64,000 nucleotides of DNA from Octopus sinensis. Its lineage: Eukaryota. Shown here piece after piece: positions 41,100 to 55,311 of this stretch (position 1 is the stretch's first letter; each line of letters opens with the position of its first letter). A program made the translations under genes and the position numbers. Under the pieces are notes generated by a model that saw nothing but the letters and a program-made list of their open reading frames with translations, did not search any database and was not told the origin of the DNA. The stretch covers positions 2,418,001 to 2,482,000 of the forward strand of contig NC_042997.1 in assembly GCF_006345805.1 (NCBI RefSeq), given 5' to 3'.

Positions 41100-41815
41100 A
41101 AATTAATTCCTTACTGAATTGATATCTGGAGTAGATTAAATACACATAACGAGGAGATCAGATATAGACTTTGTAAACCCTTGATGCATTTCGAAAGCTT
41201 CTGTCGAGGCTCTGGTTGCAATCAGATATAAAAGCAATAATTAAGTTCAGGTCAAACAGTATGTGTCTCAACAGCGCTACTGTATGGAGAAGAGACCCGG
41301 ATAACCGACCAGCGTTTCGAACAATTCCTGGAGCGATGCTTACGTAATACCTTGAATATCTGATGATGATCTCATGTACTGATATGAGAGTACCACATCT
41401 GATAAAAGTGATAAGCATCGAGTTTCTGATAATGAAAGTCCAACTTGGTGTGATCATCATGACCGTATAGAGGACAACTGCTTGGCGAAACAGGTGTCCT
41501 ATGGCGATAAGAAGCAATGAAAACGTCCCCAGTGGCAATCTTAAAGACACACTTCAAAATATATATACTGAGACTAACAAATCTTAAGATTCTGCATCAA
41601 ATAGGGAGATACGAGGGAATCTGATTGCTTCTGGCGTTGAAAAATCCCGAAATAACAGGTAAGCAAAATGGTTAGTTTGAATGTGCTGGTGAATGTACTC
41701 ATCTCGAGCAGAGCATATGTGACCACTGTGGATGTATCTGCTATTCAAAGCAGGCCCCTTCCGCTACAAATTTGGCTAGAAAAACATCCCAGTCAACTAA
41801 TATGATGCCTACCAC
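41100..41815 (+). mobile_element. Degraded RTE LINE 3' fragment
   Basis: FEQFLERCLRNTLNI; SIEFLIMKVQL; LAKQVSYG; C-terminal CDHCGCIC zinc-like motif. Confidence 0.65.
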
Positions 41816-42077
41816 GATCTCTCATGTGTAATTCTCTCAGTGCACCCATTCGGCATTATAAATCTCAGCATCTAGATTGGCAGGTTGAAAAACAAAATTT
41901 TAATCAATGTGAAATGATTTCAGGAGATCCCTGTATACTTTAAAAATCGGATGAGACTTCACCAGTAATGGGGAAAGCAAAGGTACTTTGTTTCTTCGAA
42001 TGGAATGAGCTTAAGTAGTCTTCCTACTCGGTCGCAAATACGTACGTCTATAGAAGAAGAAATATATGTGATTGTAA

Positions 42078-42114
<37 letters not shown>

Positions 42115-42810
42115 CGTGCGTTTGTGTGTATGCGTGTGTGTGTATGTGAGAGAGAGAAAAGTACTGTATAAAACCTCAGAGAGGAAAGAAAAGTAGGCTT
42201 GACATGAAAAAATGACACGTTTTCTGTGCTTCATAATATCAACATGCAAATTTCATTCTGTTTACTCCTGCTCTTAAATATAGGCAAATGAGACATTGGT
42301 TTTATTGATGCTGTTTGTATGTATGCGCAGAAATAATTCCGATAAACACAGCATGTATTTAAAAACAACAGAAAAACGAGTATGCAACTTTATAATTAGG
42401 TAATAATACAATAAGGAACTTGAACAATCTTCAGAAGCGAGCACGAAGATATTGATCAAATATAAATAGGCATTTCTTCTCAGCATTTAATGACACTTAA
42501 AACACTTGAACAGCCAATACAAAATACACTGAAGTTCTATGCATCTCTTATCAACTCAAGACCTACGCATTGCACTCTACAAGTGGTTTGATCTGCATTT
42601 CAACAAGTATTTATTGTCTCTATATTTTTATATATACAAACTCATAGGCACACGTACACTCACGAATACACACACATTCAAACACATATGCATAACCAAA
42701 GAGACACATGTGCATATGCATACATACATGTGTGTGTGTCTACGTGTGTGCATGTAAGTACTTATGTATAAACCAATAATATATATGTATGTATATATGC
42801 ATGTCAGCAT

Positions 42811-42841
<31 letters not shown>

Positions 42842-42904
42842 TACATATACACACACACGCACAGACATATATATATATATGTATGTGTGTGTATATGTTT
42901 GTGT

Positions 42905-43110
42905 ATATGTTTGTGTGTCTTTGTTTGTCCCTAGCATTGTTTGACAACCGATGCTGGTGTGTTTACGTCCCCGTCACATAGCGGTTCGGCAAAAGAGACT
43001 GATAGAATAAGTACTGGGCTTACAAAGAATAATTCCTGGGGTCGATTTGCTCAACTAAAGGCGGTGCTCCAGCACGGCCGCAGTCAAATGACTGAAACAA
43101 GTAAAAGAGT
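42905..43110 (+). mobile_element. SINE family B, 3' half
   Basis: ttgacaaccgatgctggtgtgtttacgtcc..gcggttcggcaaaagagac..ggcggtgctccagcacggccgcagtcaaatgactgaaacaag matches 60300-60480. Confidence 0.9.
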
Positions 43111-43174
43111 ATATATATACGTATATATATATACATATATATATATATACACACATATACATATATATATACAC

Positions 43175-43246
<72 letters not shown>

Positions 43247-44268
43247 CTATCTATTAATATATATAAATGGCGGTGCCCCAGCATGGACACAGCTCATGAG
43301 CTGAAACTGGAAAAATCAAGATCGAAATCAAAATCATATATATACACACATAAATAGCGTGTAAGGCAAGGAGCTGGCAGTATCGTTCACACGCTGACCA
43401 AGATACTCTACGAGAATTCGACAATTTTTGCTTTCTGAATTCAAATTCCGACATTGACATTATTATTCCCCTTTTTCGCGCAGCGAGAACAAGTACCTGT
43501 TGAGCAACAGTTCGATATAATCTACTTCAACCACCTGCTGGCATTGCCCTCAAAACAAACAAAGAATATTTATGAATATTGTTAAGGACACATATACAGA
43601 CTTACATACGAAGAATGTACGAGTGGTTGACAGATTAGTGTAAACACTTCATGCTATACAAAAGCACAGATATCCATAGCAATTCATACATCATTAAATA
43701 AACTTCGGGTAATATACTGAATGCGTCAACTAGATTGAGATTTCGAAAATCCGTGAATGAAAATGTTTGCAGCGATAATTCCTAATCGTTTAAAACTGAT
43801 AGAGTTACTTCATCAATTCGTAAATTGTTGCAACGAAATATAATATTCCACTAACCATTTGACAATCACTTATAATATCTAGTGAATATCTGATATTGAT
43901 TTCTAACATAGTTTACGCTTGGATGCAGTAGACTGCATTTAGCTAGTATATAATTTGTATTTATTTTATGAGCTTCAATTGAAAATATAATGTTCATTCG
44001 TTGGATGTTTGTCTAGGACACAGAAAGAGAAATAGCAATACATATCAAGCAGTTTTGCCTTCCCATCTAATACATTTCCTATTTTGAGTAAACATTTATG
44101 CCGTATCTCTCCTTATGTACTGCCAGAAATTTAATGCAACACACTATGGAAAGAACCGCCTTAGGAAGCATGTAAGAGAAATAGGAAGATGAAGTATATT
44201 AATGACTTTAAGCAAGGAAACTGTGCATTATATGAATCTTGATTAGGTGCATGAAATGTATGTAGATG

Positions 44269-44310
<42 letters not shown>

Positions 44311-44315
<5 letters not shown>

Positions 44316-45983
44316 TCATATAGGGTGGTAAAAAATTTCGTAGAATTCTTTTGCCACCAGCGGCCTAGTGGGAAAAAATTAAATAGTCATAGACCATTTA
44401 TAAATTCAACAGCAAAATCAAGGAACGGCCATAATAGGCCATTCACCCACTAGAAATAACAGCCAAGGCTTCAACCGCAAAACAACATTAATTCCGCAAA
44501 CCAGGAGAAAATTAAAAAAACATTTACCCTGTAGTTCTTTATACGATGCACCGTTTCATCTCTTGTTTAATGGTAAACTAACCTGGTGGCAAAAGAATTC
44601 TACGAAATTTTTTGCCACCCTATATTGATTAATTATGAATTTTCTGGTTAATTCCGTAATGGAATCGGCGGCTTATATTTGCTGCCGATGAATTTGGCGC
44701 GAGTGCGATGATTTGAAAATTTTAGGTCAGATATTGCCGAGACAGTGATGGAAGTGCCTCGTGTAAATATCTGCTCCGATCTGGCCGTTCTTTACTGATG
44801 AATCTATCGGCCTATGGAAGACTAGCTTGATTTAATTTAATCAGGTTAGTTTACCATTAAACAAGAGATGAAACGGTGCATCGTATAAAGAACTACAGGG
44901 TAAATGTTTTTTTAATTTTCTCCCGGTTTGCGGAATTAATGTTGTTTTGCGGTTGAAGCCTTGGCTGTTATTTCTAGAGGGTAAATGGCCTATTATGGCC
45001 GTTCCTTGATTTTGCTGTTGAATTTATAAATGGTCTATGACTATTTAATTTTTTCCCACTAGGCCGCTGGTGGCAAAAGAATTCTACGAAATTTTTTGTC
45101 ACCCTATATTGATTAATTATGACTTTTCTGGTTAATTCCGTAATGGAATCGGCGGCTTATATTTGCTGCCGATGAATTTGGCGCGAGTGCGATGATTTGA
45201 AAAATTTTAGGTCAGATATTGCCGAGACAGTGATGGAAGTGCATCGTGTAAATATCTGCTCCGATCTGGCCGTTCTTTACTGATGAATCTATCGGCCTAT
45301 GGAAGACTAGCTTGATTTAATTTAATCAGGTTAGTTTACCATTAAACAAGAGATGAAACGGTGCATCGTATAAAGAACTACAGGGTAAATGTTTTTTTAA
45401 TTTTCTCCCGGTTTGCGGAATTAATGTTGTTTTGCGGTTGAAGCCTTGGCTGTTATTTCTAGAGGGTAAATGGCCTATTATGGCCGTTCCTTGATTTTGC
45501 TGTTGAATTTATAAATGGTCTATGACTATTTAATTTTTTCCCACTAGGCCGCTGGTGGCAAAAGAATTCTACGAAATTTTTTGTCACCCTATATTGATTA
45601 ATTATGACTTTTCTGGTTAATTCCGTAATGGAATCGGCGGCTTATATTTGCTGCCGATGAATTTGGCGCGAGTGCGATGATTTGAAAAATTTAGGTCAGA
45701 TATTGCCGAGACAGTGATGGAAGTGCATCGTGTAAATATCTGCTCCGATCTGGCCGTTCTTTACTGATGAATCTATCGGCCTATGGAAGACTAGCTTGAT
45801 TTAATTTAATCAGGTTAGTTTACCATTAAACAAGAGATGAAACGGTGCATCGTATAAAGAACTACAGGGTAAATGTTTTTTTAATTTTCTCCTGGTTTGC
45901 GGAATTAATGTTGTTTTGCGGTTGAAGCCTTGGCTGTTATTTCTAGTGGGTGAATGGCCTATTATGGCCGTTCCTTGATTTTG

Positions 45984-45984
<1 letters not shown>
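44311..45984. mobile_element. (TA)n-embedded young element: 275-bp inverted arm plus 2.9 tandem copies of a ~485-bp unit carrying the CTAG/RCTGG motif (family 1)
   Basis: ctggtggcaaaagaattc at 44583, 45067 and 45552; 44311-44585 is the reverse complement of unit sequence; pure (TA)n lies on both sides. Confidence 0.92.
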
Positions 45985-46055
<71 letters not shown>

Positions 46056-48426
46056 AGTATTTAATACATTATTCATTATACATTTGTAGTATTTGATACA
46101 ACATTCATTTACATAATTACATCTTATAATTTTGGACATCACTTTTACTTTCCTGGAAATAAAGTGAAGTTTTACTTTCAATATAAATTATTTGGAGACA
46201 ATTGCTAATTTTATTCACATTATAATTATGTTAAAAAAAATTCATATATTTATAAAATCCTACAATAGGCAAAAGTTTATGTTTCTTACCTCCTACGATT
46301 ACCACAAGGACAACAATTTTAAGAGTATTCTGTGTTTGGTCAAAGGGCAAACATTGACACAAAGACAGACACATATATAGAGATAAGTAAATAAATAAAT
46401 GTATATATATATATTTATCTCTATAAATGTGTCTGTCTTTGTGCCTATGTTTGTCCCTTCACTACCTTAGAGGTGCTACAGAAGGGTTCGGTAGAAGTAA
46501 CAGGCTAGAAATATACTAGAGCCAATTTCACTTGACTAAAATTTCTCTCACATGGTGCCCCAACATGGCCGCAGCTAAATGGTTGGAAATAGTAAAAGGT
46601 AAAATACAAAAAATATATTCGTGTGGTAACCAAACTACCATTGGTTTCATTTGGAGAGAGATATACCTCAACAATTGTTGAATTCTGCGACATGAGACGT
46701 TGGTTCTTGTCTTCATCTTGCGTAAAAGCACAATAGAATCACATGAGATCACGCGAGAATTTAGAATAAACAAATATATTTCTCAAAAGGGAACAGCTCC
46801 CAAATTTCTATTTTCTTTGTATAATATTTTAATTTTATAAATAAAATATTAAGCAAGTAATATGTGCATACGTACACATAAGCATAACTCCATTATGCAT
46901 ATTTGATGCAGATTTAGTGTGTGTACTTTGTAGTTCGTATTTACATATTTTGTGCACCTGATTATAGAGTTTCACATATTTTGAATTCATAAGATTACAT
47001 ATATAAAATTTTGATTGAAAATTTTGTGTATATGCTTATATAACAAGTTTATGCAGTTTGTGTGTAAAGTCATTCACTGAAGCATTTGGTGTCATATACA
47101 TATAAACACATGCACATGTATGTGTACGAACGCACACGCATACACACCCATAAGCACACATAGATATGCGCCTATGTCTATATGTATGCAAAATGCACAC
47201 ACATACACACATACTCATATACATATATACACACACATGCATATATCTTTGCATCTGTATTCTTTGTGTTTGTATGTACACTCATAATTGTGTAGTTTCA
47301 CATTTTTTTCACACACTTTGTCGTTTAGCTAGAGCCTAGGATTACTCCAAGTGTCTGAAGCTCTGTGTTAATAAATTTATGTACACCGAGTGATATCATG
47401 CATGTGTGTGGTACGTGATTTTAGTGTGTTTTATCCAAGATGTTGAACACCGATGTTTTATGTAGCAGTCTTGAATCATTGTTTGTGATATCTCTCTCAG
47501 CACGAAGGCAATGGTTTTTTGGTTATCGTATAAATAAAGGATACATATCCACCAATGTTGTGTTGGACACTCATTTCCATTGTTCGATATTACCATACAC
47601 ACACACACACACATTTATTCAAAGTATACATCACATGTATTTAAGATTTACAAACTTCTTTTATGTTCTAGGATTGTAAGCGTTATTCCCACAAAATTCG
47701 CAATAACTAAAACTAGCTACTTTACCTCCATCCGTCTCGTCGTAAACTACATCCTCCCTGGGAAACTTTCAGATGTAGAATTTTCAGCTATCTTCTCCAT
47801 CTCCATAGAGTCCTCCCCGAGACAAAAATCATGACAATTGTTGGCCGGATTCACAATTGTCATTAACTGAATCTATGAAAATTATCCAATCATCATATTT
47901 TTAGTGTATCCATAGACGTCGTGATGGATGGCACGGTTTCGTAACCATTTACGGTTGTTAGCTGCTAGATCTGTTTCAAGGTCCCTGTAAACGCAATTTA
48001 TGTTCTCCCAATCACCTCCGAGAACAATTTGCAATTATATTGCTGATTGTAATGGCATTCAGTATAGACTACAATATATTTTTCGAACGAACTCCTCTAC
48101 CTAATATCCGAACTCGTCCCTTGATTATGCACGCCACAGACGATGTGACATGGTTATTCTTTCAAACCATTTTCATATTGTAGCACGTTTTGGTTTTATT
48201 CAACCCCTTCACCAAACTGGTATTTGCATTCTGGGATTATCTCAAAATATAAGACTTAAGATAGTCATGATGATCATATATCTGAAATACAATAAAGTTC
48301 AAAGACTACTATCAATTCGCCAGTAAATTGCTCTTTGAGTACGGGTCAATTACTCGTTATATACATGTACATTTATCTTTGCCTTGAGGAACAATGAAGA
48401 AAATTGTGCCTTGTTAATTTGTAATA

Positions 48427-48466
<40 letters not shown>

Positions 48467-48499
48467 CAATATTTTTGAAGCTTAAAAATAATGAAATGG

Positions 48500-49900
48500 C
48501 TTTTTAATGCAAGAAGCATAGCCTTTTTTGTAAGGCTATTTGAATAATTTGATATATAGAAGTAATCCCTTAAGACTGATATGCAATCTATACGCATCGT
48601 GAAATACATAAGTGACCTTATAAAGCATTTTCTGTAAGAGCTAACAAAATATGGAGCACCACTAAAACATTTATGTTTCCAGCAGCGATGAAAACGAATT
48701 TTCTCTTGGAAACTAATCGGTAAATTAAATAAAGGAAGTTCATCTGTTATATAATACACTTGATGTTCGTTCAGGAATATAACTATGATGAGTTTCAACG
48801 GAGATCTCTCGATCCTAAGACAGATGCTTTCCAATAAAAAATATTTTTCGAAATAGAGATTGTTTTCCAAAGAAGCAGCCTTTGAATCGAGTATTGTATG
48901 TAGTAACAATAGGGGAGTTAAGATAGGGAGAGAGTTTGGATTTCGATTTAAATATAAGCAACAATTTTATTACTTTTATTCATTGCATCATTAACCAAGT
49001 GTCGGCAATATCTTAGAAAGTTGTCTCACAATTGACTGCAATGTTATGAAATGGAGGCGAAGTTATTTATTTTATTATAATTCGTACGCACGCTAGGTGC
49101 CTCTTCGCAAATTTCTGTAATGAAATGAAATCTAATTCCAGTTAATATTATTGAGAATAAACTTGCGACTGCTTGCATAAAATGAGTGATGAAAGGGATA
49201 TTAAAATCAAAAATGGATTCCTAATATTTCTGTTCGGTAAAATTTCTTATTTGCCCAATTTATTTCCCATTGAATATTGATTATATGTTTTATGCTATTT
49301 GGGGTATGTCTTGGGGAATATTAATAAGCTTAATATGTATCTGGAAGAAGATAATGCGTATAAATTACTGGTTAAATCTAAAATGCCATTTTCGATGAAA
49401 AGAATGAGACATAGATACGCAAAAGAGAAAGTTATGTACTAGAAATATTTTCATACAAAATTACTAATTTAGAAAATGCATGGAATTTCTTTTTATTTCA
49501 AGCAGTTACTAACTAAAAAACAGGGAAGTCTAGAAAGAGTTTCGAGAAATTGTTCTACCTGAATTATACAATAGCTGGATTGTACCGAAAAAATTTTCAC
49601 AGTTAAATTTATAGCCCCTAAATCATCTGATTTAATAAGGAAACGTATGTATACCTTTCAAATATTTCAACTGTTAGGTTTAAATTTCCTTTGAATAGTT
49701 TTAATGGATTTTAACTTGGTGTCTGTGGTAAATTTCTGATGTTATCCAAATCAGTGCATAAGTCCCTTCTACCGTTTATAATAAATTATTTCTGCAAATC
49801 TTTTTTGGTGTCGACTTAGAATACAATGAAATATCACTCCTCTACTAAGAACATTACATTTTCCTTCATACTAGCATTCACAAATATCAAACCAAGATTT
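48500..49900 (+). mobile_element. Ancient hAT (Buster/Charlie-type) transposase remnant
   Basis: ITFIHCIINQVSAIS*K..EVIYFI..RCLFANFCNEM (CxxH region); LCYLGYVLGNINKLNMYLE; C-terminal LLPFIINYFCKSF (like LLPFxTTYLCE). Boundaries are approximate. Confidence 0.7.
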
Positions 49901-51555
49901 GGTTTCTTATGCATTTATCTAATTTAGTATTTATAACTAATACTTATTTACAATTCAGAATTGTTAATATTTGCTAAAGTTCTAAAAAAACACGATGAGA
50001 AATGCAACGAGTTACGGAAATTTGCTCCGGGCTAGTGTCGATTGCTAGCGGATGGGGGTGTGATTAATTACTGCAGAATTTCATTGCTAAGTGTTTCTAA
50101 GTAAATCCCTTTATAATATTCATTGTGTACATAAAACATTTTAAACATATTTACATACTCTCTTCGTAGATATACAACTGAATGGCTAACGGATGTTGCT
50201 CTATTGTGTACCAGGCCTGGAGTGCAAATCCTGATGCACCATTAATAGTAACAGCAAACGAAAAGGCAACAAAGATAGATTTTCGTGGATCACCGTGACA
50301 AGATGGATGCCATATTTCGTTTTTATTGTATATGTCTGTGTGTGTGTATGTGCGGGGAGGGAAAGAGAGAGAGAAAGAGAGGGACAGACAAGACAGACTA
50401 GATATCTGGGATAATTCAGCGAAAGGACGAACTAATTCCATCTCTTAAATTTCGTTCGCGAATTCTCAAGGTGTCGGCGCTTAGAAAACGGTAGAGTTAG
50501 AACAATGGCAAAAGAGCTGTGTGGAACACCAGTAAAAGCAGATAGCATGTAACAGAGATAGGGATGAGTGCAAGAGAACTATAATGGGGGAGAGAAAGGC
50601 ACAAAAGAGTGGCAGAAAAAATCCTAAGACAGAGCAGCAAAATGAGGTGAAATAAAGCTAGTGAAAATGTACAACACAAAACAGAGGAAGAGTGTGAAGA
50701 AGACATACAAAAGCAAAAGACCATCGTGAGCGAGGGGGAATGAGAGAGCGACAAAAAGATAGTAAAGGAGAAAGTATGGTAGATATAGCTACCTAGCTAG
50801 CAAGCTCGAGTGATGCATACATAGACAGGCAGACAAATGAAGAATAGAGAAAGAAATGGGTTCACCTCATGAATAAGCAAGACGTCCTTTGAGTTTATGT
50901 TGGATTAAATTTTCTAGGGTAGAATATACTGAATATATTATGATAACGACATAGATAAGTTATATCAGCATGAAAACCACGATAACATAGTGTTAAATAT
51001 ATTTGATTTTACCATTGGCATAATTCATTATATTTCAATAATATAAACAGCAATATTGTCATATATATTGCTATCAAGAAAGCATACAACTGAGGAATGA
51101 CAGGTTTAATTTACGCACCTTTAAATAAGTAACATATACAGCAAAATAAATGCTAAGTAAAATAGATTATAAAGTTACTCAATGTTGTTTGCGTTTCCGC
51201 GTAAACTGAAATTCGACAATTTTGATTAAACAATATGATGGAAAGCATTTGAAACACGAATGCACATATGTTGCGATATTTAAGTTATATAACAGTGTTC
51301 GATGCATTGTCAAAAAAGTGAGTAAACCGAAACTGAAATATCGGGGTTTGTGGCACTCGCATTTAATTTCTCTCTCTATCTCCAATTTTGCATACACATT
51401 AGTACACAATTACACACACACACAAATAAGTGCCAGTAAATTATTTTGTTGTTTTTTGCCTTTATTATTTAGGATATATTTTCATTAAATTTTGACCATA
51501 GTGGGAAATTGTTTAATATATACATATATGCATATATATATATATATATATATAT

Positions 51556-51556
<1 letters not shown>

Positions 51557-51650
<94 letters not shown>

Positions 51651-51695
51651 GATACATAAATACATACATACATACATACATACATACATACTACA

Positions 51696-51722
<27 letters not shown>
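51557..51722. repeat. (GATA)n/(TACA)n compound microsatellite
   Basis: Direct reading. Confidence 0.97.
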
Positions 51723-51730
<8 letters not shown>

Positions 51731-51739
51731 GTATATAAA

Positions 51740-52325
51740 GCTATTTTAGGTCTGCAACCACCTATATTAATGTTGCTCTTATTATTCACTGTTTATAATG
51801 CCTTCGACAATGATACGATATTAATATCTATATAGATATTCAATCCTGAATATTTGCCGCTGATTAGTATTTTTCACACTGAGGCTGCCTTGAGCGAAAC
51901 AATTCAGGACGCCAGCAAATTTCAAGGTGGCGGATTGGGAATATTTTTCAAATGGTCATAATGTGCTGATGAAGGCAAGACAGTTGTATCAAACGAGAAA
52001 CCAGTCCACTTGAATACTAATACCGAAAAATATAGCTTTATATATGAACGTATGTGAGCGATTTTTTCGAAACTATTCACTCGAGAACTGTTCATTCAGT
52101 GATATTTTTTAGTTCAAACGTGGGCTAGAGCTCTCATATCTATTAGGCAGAAGTAGGCGTGCGCCCTTATGATTAATATGATTCTAATTCTATAGCCATA
52201 TGATGGTATTTTCGGCCACCTATATTAAAGTTGGTGTTATCAACTATTTATAATGCTTTCAATAATGATAGCAATATTAATATCTTTATTGATATTCATT
52301 CCTGAATATTTGCTCCTGATTTATA
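51740..52325 (+). mobile_element. Direct-repeat (pLTR-like) element with an internal hammerhead remnant
   Basis: ~110-bp diverged direct repeats (ccacctatattaa..gatattca.tcctgaatatttgc) ~460 bp apart; GTG-CTGATGA..GAAAC-CA-GTC|CAC at 51963-52009. Confidence 0.6.
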
Positions 52326-52327
52326 TA

Positions 52328-52378
<51 letters not shown>

Positions 52379-52442
52379 TTTATATGTACATATAAATATA
52401 TGTACACACACATACACACACATATATATATATATATATACT

Positions 52443-52486
<44 letters not shown>

Positions 52487-52496
52487 AGTATATATC

Positions 52497-55232
52497 TGTA
52501 TCACTATTCAGCAAGACCAATGACATAATCATTGTTGGTCTTTACAGGCCTCCCCAAGCACCTCTAAAGTGCTTTGAAGAGTGTCTTAGCAAATTTAAGT
52601 CCTTCCGTCGGAAGTACAACTCCAGGAACATACTAGTGATTGGTGATTTTAACCTCCCTCGTGTGAACTGGCCCACAAATACTCTGAAGTTAGGCAAATG
52701 CTCTACATCAGACAGAGCAGCAGCAGAACTGCTCTTTAATCTAATGGATGAATACTTCCTGACTCAGCTAGTGCTCGAAACAACGAGACAGAAGAAAACG
52801 ATCTTGGATCTGGTATTGACCAATCACTCTAGCTTCGTTCACTGTATTTCAGTTGAAAGAACTCTCCTCTGAGACCACGACATGGTACTCTGCAATTTTA
52901 ATTCTCGACATATAAAAACCAAACCAGCCAATCCCACTCCATGGCACTCATTTGACAACATAAACTTCCACAAAGCGGACTGGGGAGCAATCACAAAGGA
53001 TCTGTCTGTCATCGACTGGTCTTTTACTTTCAATTCCACCCATATTGAGACCACATGGCAGCACTTTGAAAACATTGTCACCTATACATGCTCTAAACAC
53101 GCTCCCATAAAATCTACTAAAACAAAGAGAAACCGGCTCCCAAAAAAGAAAAAAACACTCATCAGGCGCATCAAAAGACTCAACACAAAAATCAACCAAT
53201 TAGAATATTCCCACATACAACATCCACATTCAACAACAATGAAAAGGCTAGAGCTGGAAAAACTTCATCTGCAGAACGACATGAAAACCTCCATTGAAAA
53301 TCAAAGAGATGTGGAGAAACAGTGGGTAATCAAAAACAGCAAACAGAACCCAAAATTGTTCTATTCTTATACAAATAAGCATAGAGCCACTGTCTCACCC
53401 ATTGGGCCATTGATTGATGATAACGGCATTCCCCAATACGATGCTAAAGAAATGGTGGAAATACTGCAGAAACAATACTGCTCTGTCTTTAATGTACCCA
53501 CTGATATTGACGTAAGAGAAGCGAACGAAGTTGACTCTCAACATAAAATCTCAGACATAACCTTCACTGCCACTGACATCATAGCAGCAATAAATGCGGT
53601 CAAATACTACTCTGCTGTAGGCCCTGATAGATTCCCTGCTAGTCTCCTGAAGGAATGTAGACACCATCTTGCAGTCCCTCTGACCAACCTCTGGAGAAAT
53701 TCGTTAGACGCAGTTTATATACCGAAACAGTTTCTATCCCAGTCAGTCATCCCGGTTTTCCAACAGGGAAACAGATCCCTCGCACTCAACTATCGCCCAA
53801 TCTCACTCACATCCCACATCATCAAAGTGGTTGAAAGATTGTTAAGATCAAGGATAGCTGACTTCCTGGAGACCCACAAACTCCTAAATGCAAATAAGCA
53901 TGGCTTTCGCTGTGGCAGGGACTGTCTAACACAGCTCTTACACCACATTGAAGATGTACTCAAAGCTTGCGAACAGGTTCGAACTCTAATGTCATATATC
54001 TTGACTTCAGTAAAGCGTTCGACAGGGTAGACCATAATATCCTACTCTCAAAATTGGCAAATGTTGGAATCCGTGGAAAAGTTCTACACTGGATCAAGTA
54101 TTTCCTGGCGAATAGAACACAACATGTTGTAGTTGATGGAGTCCATTCAAGCCCAGCAAAAGTCACCACTGGTGTCCCCCAGGGGACTGTCTTGCGTCCG
54201 CTACTCTTCATAATCTACATAAACGACCTTTCCAGTGTCGTACATTACTGCAAAGTGAAAATATTTGCTGATCACACTGAGAAACAGAAAATCGTCAATG
54301 AAGAACCAGACCGAACTCAACTCCAGTCCGATCTATATGCTGTGAGTCAATGGGCAGACAGAAACAAAATGCAACTGAAAGAGGGAAAATTTGAGCCGAT
54401 GCATTTTGGAAGAATTCCTCACTAAAACAGCCATACTCTCTTCCTTCAGGGGAACCGCTCACAGCCTCTAGCAATATCAGAGACCTGGGTGTAATTGTTG
54501 ACCTGGGTGTAATCAGTTGGAGAGCACACATCAAGAAGGTCGATATAGCTCGTAGGATGAGATCCTGGATCTTAAGAACTTTCCGGTCCAGAGAACAAGG
54601 TGTCATCATACCACTTTTCTCCTCCTTTGTACGGCCACACATCGAATACCGCTGCCCACCGTGGTCTCCCCATACAAGACAAAACATCTCGAGGATTGAA
54701 TCACCACAGAGAGAACTCACTAAGCGAATTGAAAGCATGGCTGCTCTCGATTATTGGGATAGCCTTAAAGCCTTGAAACTCTACTCTCTCCAGCGTTGCC
54801 GTGAGCGATTCATCATTCGTACGATGTGGAGAATATATCGCCAACTTTGCTCAAACGACCTGAACATTAGCTTCAAGGTTCATCCAAGACTGGGACCACG
54901 GGCCATACGTCCCCTGCCCAATTCAAAATCACAGCATACATGTACACTGCAACATAATTTATTTTCCTCAACAGGCCCTGCCTTATTTAACATTGTCCCG
55001 AAAGAGATCAAAGAGGAACAAGATTCCATCAACTTTAAACGGAGTCTGGATAGATTCCTTCAAGGAATACCAGATAAGCCACCCATAATCGGATACAACT
55101 CACCCAACAAAAACTCACTACTTGAATGGACCATATACAAAACTTGACTTAAACGGAATTCAAATAATCCTATCAGGTGGTGCTCTTAAGTTAGACATGG
55201 TCTGGACCAATCATTGGTCGAAACATATCTAA

Positions 55233-55235
<3 letters not shown>
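52497..55235 (+). mobile_element. CR1-clade LINE ORF2 (APE endonuclease plus RT), 5'-truncated and disrupted
   Basis: GLYRPP, GDFN and ILDLVLTN (APE); YRPISLTS, HGFR, YLDFSKAFDRVDH, GVPQG and FADH (YADD-like, mutated); VRPHIEY..WSP. A stop at 52870-52872 and several frameshifts; 3' stem-loop then (TA)n. Confidence 0.95.
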
Positions 55236-55271
<36 letters not shown>

Positions 55272-55273
55272 TA

Positions 55274-55311
<38 letters not shown>

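Noticed and set aside
44795-44825. CTGATGA in the 485-bp unit
   Set aside because: It is not followed by a paired stem II and GAAA-NUH, so it is not called a hammerhead.
44583-45984. CRISPR-like or classical satellite array
   Set aside because: There are no unique spacers and only ~3 units; the inverted arm and (TA)n target point to a retro-insertion, though one internal unit may be a later duplication because units 1 and 2 share private variants.
47650-48330. Possible degraded transposon coding sequence on the minus strand (EFVRKIY..KW..YGY)
   Set aside because: Similarity is too weak to assign without a profile search.
55190-55232. Hammerhead-like look (TTAGA..GACCAA/TTGGTC-GAAAC-ATA-TCTAA) at the CR1 3' end
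   Set aside because: There is no CUGANGA-type box; it is better explained as the LINE tail stem-loop shared with the SINEs.
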